Below, one piece after another: positions 40,202-47,823 of a stretch of 64,000 nt of DNA. A program made the position numbers and the translations under genes. Location: assembly GCA_964553665.1 (NCBI GenBank), contig CAZKLF010000002.1, positions 5,100 to 69,099 of the forward strand. Reading direction: 5' to 3'. This DNA comes from an uncultured Mariniplasma sp. (GTDB lineage: Bacteria; Bacillota_I; Bacilli_A; Acholeplasmatales; Acholeplasmataceae). The notes under the pieces were generated by a model that did no database searches, was not told the DNA's origin, and saw only the letters and a program-made list of their open reading frames with translations. The stretch's first letter is position 1; every line of letters begins with the position of its first letter.

Positions 40202-41140
40202 ATGAATAAATACGATATTGATCATGAACTGAATATCTTAAAACCACTTAAGTTTACTAAATATACGAACTCGAGACGTTTTCTTGCGAATTTGGTTTTT
40301 AAAATTTCAATGTTTTTCACTAAACCAAAAAAAGGTATTCGCGAGAAAAGATTTGTTTTTCGTGGTTATCAACATCAAAAAGTGAAACTATCAGTTTATG
40401 AGTTGAAAGATCAGATAGGCAAAGCACCAGGACTACTTTACATTCATGGGGGTGGTTTTCAAATTCAAGGAACACCCGTTCATGAGCATCTTGTTGCTAA
40501 TATCATGAAAGAAACAAAACAAAAAACGGTTTATGTTGATTATAGACTTGCACCAAAATATTCATTTCCGACAGCTTTAGAAGATTGCTATCATGCTTTG
40601 CTTTGGATGGTTGAACATGCGGATTTTCTCAATATTGATATCAGTAATATCTCCATTGCCGGAGATAGCGCTGGTGGGAATCTTGCAACTGCTGTTGCAT
40701 TGCTATCGAGAGATCGCAAAGGTCCAAAGATTCAAAGACAAATGTTACTATATCCTGTAATTGATCAGGAACAAAAAACTAAATCAATGCTTGAATATGA
40801 TGATGTACCGATGTGGAATTCCTTACTCAATAAAAATATGTGGGAAGTTTACTTAAAAAATGGAGATTTTGGGATGATTCAATATGCATCTCCATCATAT
40901 GCTGATTTAAAAGGATTACCAGATACATATATTGAGACTGCTGATTATGATTGTTTAAGAGACGAGGGGATTTTGTATGCTAAAAGACTCAAAGCAGAAG
41001 GTATAAGAGTTGTTGAACACCATACAAAGCATACGGTCCATGGATATGATGCAGTTTTTTATAGCAGGTTGGTAAAAAATCTAACTAAGGAAAGAATATA
41101 TTTTTTGAGAGGAAAAATTAATGAAAAAAATAAATCTTAA
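40202..41140 (+). CDS. HSL-family alpha/beta hydrolase (esterase/lipase)
   Basis: IHGGG, DYRLAP, GDSAGG, D.LRDEG, HGY. Confidence 0.93.
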   Translation: MNKYDIDHELNILKPLKFTKYTNSRRFLANLVFKISMFFTKPKKGIREKRFVFRGYQHQKVKLSVYELKDQIGKAPGLLYIHGGGFQIQGTPVHEHLVANIMKETKQKTVYVDYRLAPKYSFPTALEDCYHALLWMVEHADFLNIDISNISIAGDSAGGNLATAVALLSRDRKGPKIQRQMLLYPVIDQEQKTKSMLEYDDVPMWNSLLNKNMWEVYLKNGDFGMIQYASPSYADLKGLPDTYIETADYDCLRDEGILYAKRLKAEGIRVVEHHTKHTVHGYDAVFYSRLVKNLTKERIYFLRGKINEKNKS

Positions 41141-41744
41141 ATCTTGGGATAGAATCGAGGTATATACTTTTTTTAAGGATTTGGATATACCAAGATATTT
41201 AGTAACTGTAGAGCTTGATATGACGCAATTCATCCAGAAGGTTAAAGAAAGGAAAGATTCATTCTACTTATCCTTTATATTTTTAGTTATGCAAGAAGTA
41301 AATAAAATAGAAAATTTTCTATATAGAATTGTGAAAGACGATGTTTACTTGTTGGAATCCTCACATCCATCATTCACAGATAGTATTGGGAGTTCCGATC
41401 TATTTAAGTTTGTTACCGTTGATTTAGAACACGATTTAGAGACATTTCTAGTCAAAGCAAAACAAAAATCAAAGGATCAAGGTAACAAGTTTATTGATTA
41501 CAATGAAGAACAGCGTATTGATCTTGTTTATATTACTTCATTTCCTTGGGCTAAATATACATCTGTTACTCATGCTCATAATATAGATAATAAAGATTCA
41601 GTCCCAAGAATTTCATGGGGAAAGTATGAAAATGAAAATGGGAAACTAATGATGCCACTTTCAATCGAAGTGCATCATGCTTTAGTTGATGGCTCACATG
41701 TTGGAAAACTCATTCAGAATATACAAAAGGCACTCAATAAATAA
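41121..41744 (+). CDS. cat: CatA-like chloramphenicol O-acetyltransferase family protein
   Basis: ITSFPW, PRISWGKY, MPLSIEVHHALVDGSH catalytic His motif. Confidence 0.85.
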   Translation: MKKINLKSWDRIEVYTFFKDLDIPRYLVTVELDMTQFIQKVKERKDSFYLSFIFLVMQEVNKIENFLYRIVKDDVYLLESSHPSFTDSIGSSDLFKFVTVDLEHDLETFLVKAKQKSKDQGNKFIDYNEEQRIDLVYITSFPWAKYTSVTHAHNIDNKDSVPRISWGKYENENGKLMMPLSIEVHHALVDGSHVGKLIQNIQKALNK

Positions 41745-41764
41745 AAAAAGGCGGATGCCTTTTT
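41743..41764. terminator. Bidirectional terminator
   Basis: A run-AAAGGC-ggat-GCCTTT-T run. Confidence 0.7.
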
Positions 41765-41789
41765 ATTTTGCCAAATATGATTGGACTGT

Positions 41790-41988
41790 ATTTTATAATA
41801 ATTCAACTCGTCCATCTTTATTTTTATCATAATATGCTTTATTCGCTCAACCTCATAACTTCAATAATTTCTATAACCTGATGAACTTAAAACACTGGAT
41901 TTTTAGAATATTAATTTGATTATAATAACTTAATATGCACGTGATTATTGATGCAATTTTTCGAATATATATTTATTTTATATTCCAT
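41790..41988 (-). pseudogene. Degenerate MerR-family regulator N-terminal HTH
   Basis: Three frames in order: MEYKINIYSKNC / ILSYYNQINILK / SSSGYRNY*SYEVERIKHI, matching MerR consensus MYxIGEFSKLC..TLRYYDxIGLLKP..GYRxYxxxxVxxLxxI; frameshifts and stop. Confidence 0.6.
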
Positions 41989-42012
41989 TTAATTAACCTG
42001 TTTCATATACAT

Positions 42013-42043
42013 ATTATAGACCTTTATGTTACGGCAAAGTCAA
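42013..42043 (-). promoter_or_regulatory. MerR-type promoter (19-bp spacer with dyad)
   Basis: Minus strand TTGACT-19 bp-TATAAT; imperfect inverted repeat GACCTTT...AAAGTC (42019-42041). Confidence 0.6.
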
Positions 42044-42159
42044 GAGGAAATACGAAAAATATATAATATATAAATTATATGATATTATCATATACATCTT
42101 AATCGCGAAGTGTTATAATACTTATGTAAGCGCTTTTAGAAAATTGAAGGGAGATTAAC

Positions 42160-43239
42160 ATGAGCGATTTTAAACACTTTGACTACATGGAAAAACACAG
42201 GTATGAACAGATAGTTTATTTTTATGATAGGACTACTGGTTTAAAGGGTATTACATGCATTCACAACACAACGTTGGGGCCAGCCCTTGGTGGCACTAGA
42301 CTTTGGAAGTATGAATGTGAATCAGATGCAATCTTAGACTGCTTAAGACTTGCAAGAGGTATGACGTATAAAGCTGCAGCTGCTGGTCTAAATCTTGGTG
42401 GTGGAAAAACCGTCTTAATTGGAGATGTAGATGTAGTAAAGAACGAAGGTTATTTTAGAGCTTTAGGGCGTTATGTTCAAAGTTTAAATGGTCGTTACAT
42501 CACAGCAGAAGATGTTAACACTAGTACAAAAGATATGGACTATGTCAGTATGGAAACTGACTATGTTGTTGGATTAGAGGGTAAATCGGGTAATCCATCT
42601 CCAATGACATCACTTGGCGCATTTCATGGTATTCGCGCAGCACTACAATATAAGTTTGGTGACGAAGATATTTCTAAATATTCATTTGCTGTTCAAGGCG
42701 CAGGTCAAACTGGATACTATTTGATTAAGAAACTAATTGAAATGAAAGCTAAGAAAATTTATTTTTCTGAAATTAATGAAAAACACATTAAGCGTTTGAA
42801 GAAAGAACATCCAGATGTTATATGTGTTGATCCTAAAGATATATACGGACTTGATGTGGATGTGTTCTCCCCATGTGCATTAGGTGCATCCTTAAATGAT
42901 GAAACAATTCCTCAAATTAAAGCAAAAGTTATTGCAGGTACTGCAAATAACGTATTAGAAGAGGAGGATATTCATGGTAATATGATTAAAAATATGGATA
43001 TTTTGTATGCTCCTGACTTTGTTATTAACGCAGGGGGCTTAATTAATGTATATCATGAATTAAAAGAATACAATATTGGTCGCGCTACAAGAGACATAGA
43101 AAAGATCTATGATCGTTTGCTAGAAATATTCCAAATTGCCGATCGCGAAAATATTCATACTCAACTTGCTGCAAAAGTATTTGCTAAAAAACGTATTGAA
43201 ACAATCAACAACATTCAAGATAACTATATAAAAAGATAG
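42160..43239 (+). CDS. Leu/Phe/Val dehydrogenase
   Basis: GPALGGTR, GMTYK, GLNLGGGK, TAEDV, VQGAG, PCALG, APDFVINAGG. Confidence 0.93.
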   Translation: MSDFKHFDYMEKHRYEQIVYFYDRTTGLKGITCIHNTTLGPALGGTRLWKYECESDAILDCLRLARGMTYKAAAAGLNLGGGKTVLIGDVDVVKNEGYFRALGRYVQSLNGRYITAEDVNTSTKDMDYVSMETDYVVGLEGKSGNPSPMTSLGAFHGIRAALQYKFGDEDISKYSFAVQGAGQTGYYLIKKLIEMKAKKIYFSEINEKHIKRLKKEHPDVICVDPKDIYGLDVDVFSPCALGASLNDETIPQIKAKVIAGTANNVLEEEDIHGNMIKNMDILYAPDFVINAGGLINVYHELKEYNIGRATRDIEKIYDRLLEIFQIADRENIHTQLAAKVFAKKRIETINNIQDNYIKR

Positions 43240-43250
43240 GGAGTGATGGC

Positions 43251-43475
43251 GTGAAAAAAGGAAAATTGACATTTAATGATGAATTCTGCAAAGGATGCGA
43301 ATTATGCGTATCTTTTTGCCCAGTCAATATTTTATATTTAGATAAAGATCGTATAAATTCAAGTGGTTATCATCTTATCTCTGTTACTGATATGGATAAA
43401 TGCATAGGTTGTGCTTCATGCGCAATCATATGTCCGGATTCTGTCATCAAAGTGGAGGTGTTTGAAGATGAGTAA
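43251..43475 (+). CDS. 2x[4Fe-4S] ferredoxin (2-oxoacid:ferredoxin oxidoreductase delta subunit)
   Basis: CKGCELCVSFCP and CIGCASCAIICP; GTG start. Confidence 0.92.
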   Translation: MKKGKLTFNDEFCKGCELCVSFCPVNILYLDKDRINSSGYHLISVTDMDKCIGCASCAIICPDSVIKVEVFEDE

Positions 43476-44535
43476 AGTATTGATGAAGGGAAACGAAGCT
43501 ATTGCAAGATCGGCTATATTAGCAGGATTAGATGCATTCTTTGGTTATCCTATTACACCGCAAAATGAAATTCCAGAGTATTTATCAAAACTGATGAAAG
43601 AAGCAGGAAAGATATTTGTTCAGGCTGAATCAGAAGTTGCAGCAATTAATATGGTTTATGGTGCTGCTGGAGCAGGTGCCAGAGTCATGACATCATCATC
43701 TTCAGTGGGTATAGCTCTAAAACAAGAAGGTATTAGTTATATTGCAGGAGCTGAACTGCCATGTGTTATCGTTTCGGTAATGAGAGCAGGTCCAGGTTTA
43801 GGTGGTATTCAACCTTCACAAGGAGACTATTATCAAGCAACTCGTGGTGGAGGAAATGGTGATTATCATGTTGTTGTATTAGCACCTGAATCCATTCAAG
43901 AAACCGTAGATATTATGAAGCAAGCTTTTGATATTGCCGATATTTATAGAAATCCAGTAATGGTATTAGTCGATGGATTAATTGGTCAAATGATGGAATC
44001 AGTTGATTTAGATAAACCCATCAAAAAGCGACATATAGAGCCAAAAACCTTTATTACAAATGGTACAGATTATCATAAGGGAAGAAATATAGTTAATAGT
44101 TTAGGATTAGATCCTGTATACTTGGAACAACATAATTTAGCATTACAAAGAAAATATAATGAGATTAGAAAACATGAAGTTCAATATGAAATGGTGAACA
44201 TGGATCATGCAGAATATGTGATTGTAGCGTATGGTACAGTTGCTCGAATCGTTAGATCAGCAATAGATTCACTATCTAAAATGAACATCAATGTGGGACT
44301 TATTCGCCCAATATCATTATGGCCATATCCTAAAAAAGCATTTGATCTAATACCGGAAACCTGCAAAGGTATTTTGGTTGTGGAAATGAGTTTAGGTCAA
44401 ATGTTAGACGATGTGCTTATTTCAAATAAAGATAGATATAAAGTTGGTTTCTATGGTAGATCTGGTGGTATGGTTCCAGATCCTGATGAAATAGTCGAGG
44501 CCATTCTTCATTTTGATGAAAAGGTGGTGGACTAG
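43468..44535 (+). CDS. 2-oxoacid (2-ketoisovalerate-type):ferredoxin oxidoreductase alpha subunit
   Basis: KGNEAIA, FGYPITPQ, QAESEVAA, TSSSSVG, VVEMSLGQ. Confidence 0.92.
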   Translation: MSKVLMKGNEAIARSAILAGLDAFFGYPITPQNEIPEYLSKLMKEAGKIFVQAESEVAAINMVYGAAGAGARVMTSSSSVGIALKQEGISYIAGAELPCVIVSVMRAGPGLGGIQPSQGDYYQATRGGGNGDYHVVVLAPESIQETVDIMKQAFDIADIYRNPVMVLVDGLIGQMMESVDLDKPIKKRHIEPKTFITNGTDYHKGRNIVNSLGLDPVYLEQHNLALQRKYNEIRKHEVQYEMVNMDHAEYVIVAYGTVARIVRSAIDSLSKMNINVGLIRPISLWPYPKKAFDLIPETCKGILVVEMSLGQMLDDVLISNKDRYKVGFYGRSGGMVPDPDEIVEAILHFDEKVVD

Positions 44536-45276
44536 ATGGTTAAATATGAACGTTCAAAAGGATTAACGGATCTCCGTACCCATTATTGTCCTGGTTGTAC
44601 ACATGGTATGATTCATAAATTAGTTGCCGAAGTTTTAGATGAATTAGGCCTTTTAGGTAAAACTGTTGGGATAGCATCTGTTGGTTGTTCAGTATTTAGT
44701 TATGATTATATCAATACTGATTTTCAACAAGCTCCACATGGTAGAGCATGTGCAACAGCAACAGGTATAAAGAGAGTTTTACCAGATCGAATTGTTTTTA
44801 CTTATCAAGGCGATGGCGATTTAGCTTCTATTGGTTTGGCAGAATCGATGCATGCTGCAAATCGTGGTGAAAATATTACAGTTATTATGGTAAACAATGC
44901 TACATATGGGATGACTGGTGGCCAAATGGCTCCAACATCACTTATTGGTCAAAAAACGACTACATCTCAAGAAGGAAGAATAAAAGCACAACATGGTAGT
45001 CCGATGAAAGTATCAGAGATTTTTGCACAAATTGAAGGTGCAGCGTACATAGAAAGAACTTCCATGCACGATATCGCGCATGTTAGAAAAACGAAGAAGG
45101 CTATTAAAAAAGCTTTCACATATCAAATGGAAAACAAAGGATTTACACTTATTGAAGTGGTTTCAACTTGCCCAGTTAATTGGAAGATGAAGCCAAGAGA
45201 AGCATTAGATTGGTCAAAAGAACATATGCTTCCGATTTTCCCATTAGGTGTCTATAAGGATGTGATGAAACCATGA
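44536..45276 (+). CDS. 2-oxoacid:ferredoxin oxidoreductase beta subunit (TPP-binding)
   Basis: HYCPGCTHG, VGCS, QGDGDLASIG, NNATYGMTGGQ, STCP. Confidence 0.92.
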   Translation: MVKYERSKGLTDLRTHYCPGCTHGMIHKLVAEVLDELGLLGKTVGIASVGCSVFSYDYINTDFQQAPHGRACATATGIKRVLPDRIVFTYQGDGDLASIGLAESMHAANRGENITVIMVNNATYGMTGGQMAPTSLIGQKTTTSQEGRIKAQHGSPMKVSEIFAQIEGAAYIERTSMHDIAHVRKTKKAIKKAFTYQMENKGFTLIEVVSTCPVNWKMKPREALDWSKEHMLPIFPLGVYKDVMKP

Positions 45277-45806
45277 TCAGAACAATCAGAATTTCAGGAT
45301 TTGGTGGTCAAGGTGTTATGTTAACAGGGCAATTACTTGCTCATGCAGCAAACGAACAAGGCCTATATAGTTTGTGGGTGCCAACATATGGCCCTGAAAC
45401 TAGAGGAGGAACTGCTAATTGCTCAATTACAGTGAGTGATCAACCAATTTATTCTCCAGTTTTCTCAAAGTCAGATGATTTACTCATATTTAATGAGCCT
45501 TCACTTTCGAAGTTTGGGAAAAACGTTAAAGATGGTGGTAATCTGTTCTATAATTCATCTTTAATTAAACATGATGTCAAATATGATCATGTAAACGTCT
45601 TTCCAGTACCTATGAGTGAACTTGCTATTTCACTTGAAATGCTGCAAGTTGCTAATATGGTTATGTTAGGTGCATATTTAAAAAAGGTTGATTTGTTCAA
45701 AGAAGAAGTGATTTTAGAATCATTAAAACATTTTCTTGGAGCAAAAAAGGTTGGTTTATTACCAATAAATCAGAAAGCAATAGCCTTGGGATTTAAATCT
45801 ATTTAA
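45273..45806 (+). CDS. 2-oxoacid:ferredoxin oxidoreductase gamma subunit
   Basis: SGFGGQG, TYGPETRGG, NMVMLGA. Confidence 0.92.
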   Translation: MIRTIRISGFGGQGVMLTGQLLAHAANEQGLYSLWVPTYGPETRGGTANCSITVSDQPIYSPVFSKSDDLLIFNEPSLSKFGKNVKDGGNLFYNSSLIKHDVKYDHVNVFPVPMSELAISLEMLQVANMVMLGAYLKKVDLFKEEVILESLKHFLGAKKVGLLPINQKAIALGFKSI

Positions 45807-45811
45807 TCTTT

Positions 45812-45844
45812 AAGATCCAATTGAAATATAATTGGATCTTTTTT
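45812..45844 (+). terminator. Terminator ending Leu-catabolism operon
   Basis: AAGATCCAAT-loop-ATTGGATCTT plus T run. Confidence 0.8.
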
Positions 45845-45962
45845 CGTATATGTTTCATATCTTTAATAGATACAAGTCTTTATAGAAACAATTTTTTAGA
45901 TAAGAAAAAACGTGATATAATATTTTTAAGTTAAATAAAAAATTAAAGATTAGGGTGAGAAG

Positions 45963-47564
45963 ATGAAGCTTGATTATAAGAAGACGTTTTATATTGGTTT
46001 AGCATTCTTTATTATTACTATTTTTTGGCAAACTTACGATTCAATCATTACTAAAATATTGATTGATAAGTTTGGTTTAAATCAAACCTGGTCTGGTGTT
46101 GTTATGGCACTAGATAACGTATTAGCACTATTCATGTTACCTCTATTTGGCGCATTATCTGATAAATCAAATAGAAAACGTGGAAGACGCACACCATATG
46201 TTATTGTTGGAACGATTGTTGCTGCATTTGCATTTATGGGATTATCCTATATGGATAATGTTCAAACTGAAAGAATTAAGTCAACCGAAATTATTACGAT
46301 GTATGAAGCAAATAATAATGACACGGTTGACAGACTAGAAATTGTTTACTGGAACACTTTGGTAAACGAAATGACGACTGAAAGAGAGGCTGCTTTAGCT
46401 GATGGAAGGATTGATCTAGCTGCTAAAGATAAATGGGAAGTAAAAGTTCTTGATCGAATCAATGTTATCATTGATGGAAGAACAACAGGGGATCTTGAAG
46501 TTAGTGATTTAGCGTTCTTAGATGGTTATTATAATGTTTATTTAAGTAGTTTAGCTTGGGAAGTTACAGCTCAAAATCCAGCTAATTTTATAATCTTTGT
46601 TGCGGTATTATTAGTTGCTTTAGTTTTCATGTCCATCTTTAGATCACCTGCGGTATCACTTATGCCGGATGTCACCATGAAACCTCTTAGAAGTAAAGCG
46701 AATGCTGTTATTAACCTAATGGGAGCTGCTGCGGGGGTAACTTCACTGGTTATCTTGACTTTATATGGATTAGGCGGGAAATCTTACGTTCATTACACGA
46801 TGGCTTTTGTAACTGTCGGTGTCGTGATGCTGATTGTACTAGGAATCTTCTTATGGAAGGTCAAAGAGCCTAAACTTGTAGAAGAGCGCATTGCAGATGA
46901 CGTCAAATGGGGATTATCAGAAGATGAAGAAGATGTTCATGATATGCATGAGCTTCCAAGAGATAAAAAGATTTCTCTATATTTGATTTTATTTTCAGTA
47001 TTCTTATGGTTTATGGGGTATAACGCAGTCATGACTAAGGTTTCTGATTATGCGCCTAAAATTCTTCAATTATCGTCCTTTACAATTCCTTTATTGATTG
47101 CTAATGTAACTGCAATTATTGCATTCATTCCTATTGGTATTCTATCAACTAGATTCGGAAGAAGAAAAATGATTTTATTGGGTATTGTATTATTGACATT
47201 ATGTTTTGGATCTGTATATTTTTTAAACCAAGATACAGGTTGGATAATGTATATCGTCTTTGGTTTAACTGGAATAGGCTGGGCAACAATTAACGTAAAT
47301 TCATACCCGATGGTTGTTGAATTAGCCAAAGGCTCAAATGTAGGTAGATATACAGGGTATTACTATTCATTTTCGATGGCTGCACAAATTTTAACACCGA
47401 TTTTATCTGGTATTTTAATGGATGTATTCCATCAAAAAATGTTATTCCCATATGCAACATTCTTTGTTGCTCTGGCATTCATAACAATGTATTTCACTAA
47501 ACATGGCGATTCAAAAGCAGGAAAGAAGACAATTCTTGAAAGCTTCGATGTGGACATGGATTAA
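45963..47564 (+). CDS. MFS transporter (SLC45/sugar-cation symporter-like) with large loop insertion
   Basis: GALSDKSNRKRGRRTPY and GILSTRFGRRK MFS motifs; PAVSLMPD; about 12 TM. Confidence 0.88.
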   Translation: MKLDYKKTFYIGLAFFIITIFWQTYDSIITKILIDKFGLNQTWSGVVMALDNVLALFMLPLFGALSDKSNRKRGRRTPYVIVGTIVAAFAFMGLSYMDNVQTERIKSTEIITMYEANNNDTVDRLEIVYWNTLVNEMTTEREAALADGRIDLAAKDKWEVKVLDRINVIIDGRTTGDLEVSDLAFLDGYYNVYLSSLAWEVTAQNPANFIIFVAVLLVALVFMSIFRSPAVSLMPDVTMKPLRSKANAVINLMGAAAGVTSLVILTLYGLGGKSYVHYTMAFVTVGVVMLIVLGIFLWKVKEPKLVEERIADDVKWGLSEDEEDVHDMHELPRDKKISLYLILFSVFLWFMGYNAVMTKVSDYAPKILQLSSFTIPLLIANVTAIIAFIPIGILSTRFGRRKMILLGIVLLTLCFGSVYFLNQDTGWIMYIVFGLTGIGWATINVNSYPMVVELAKGSNVGRYTGYYYSFSMAAQILTPILSGILMDVFHQKMLFPYATFFVALAFITMYFTKHGDSKAGKKTILESFDVDMD

Positions 47565-47623
47565 TCAAAATTACAATATTAAAAAACTAAAGGTTTCGCA
47601 GGTAATAATTAATTTTTGAATAT

Positions 47624-47658
47624 AGGGTATTCAGCATAATTTGCTTAATACCCTTTTT
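47624..47658 (+). terminator. Terminator after MFS
   Basis: AGGGTATT...AATACCCT plus T run. Confidence 0.7.
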
Positions 47659-47823
47659 ATTTATTCTAAATATATATAGACACGAAATCTTATTTCGAAT
47701 GAAAGTTTTTTTCGCATAATTGAAAGAAACGGCCAACTCTGATTATTTATAAGCACCATTGTTATTGTATAATGAGACTATAAATAAAACACCTTACTAT
47801 ATTTTGAGTGTGGAAGGAGCTAT

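Noticed and set aside
42130-42144. CodY-like box CGCTTTTAGAAAATT before Leu dehydrogenase
   Set aside because: 11 of 15 match in very AT-rich DNA, overlaps the cre-like site; too weak
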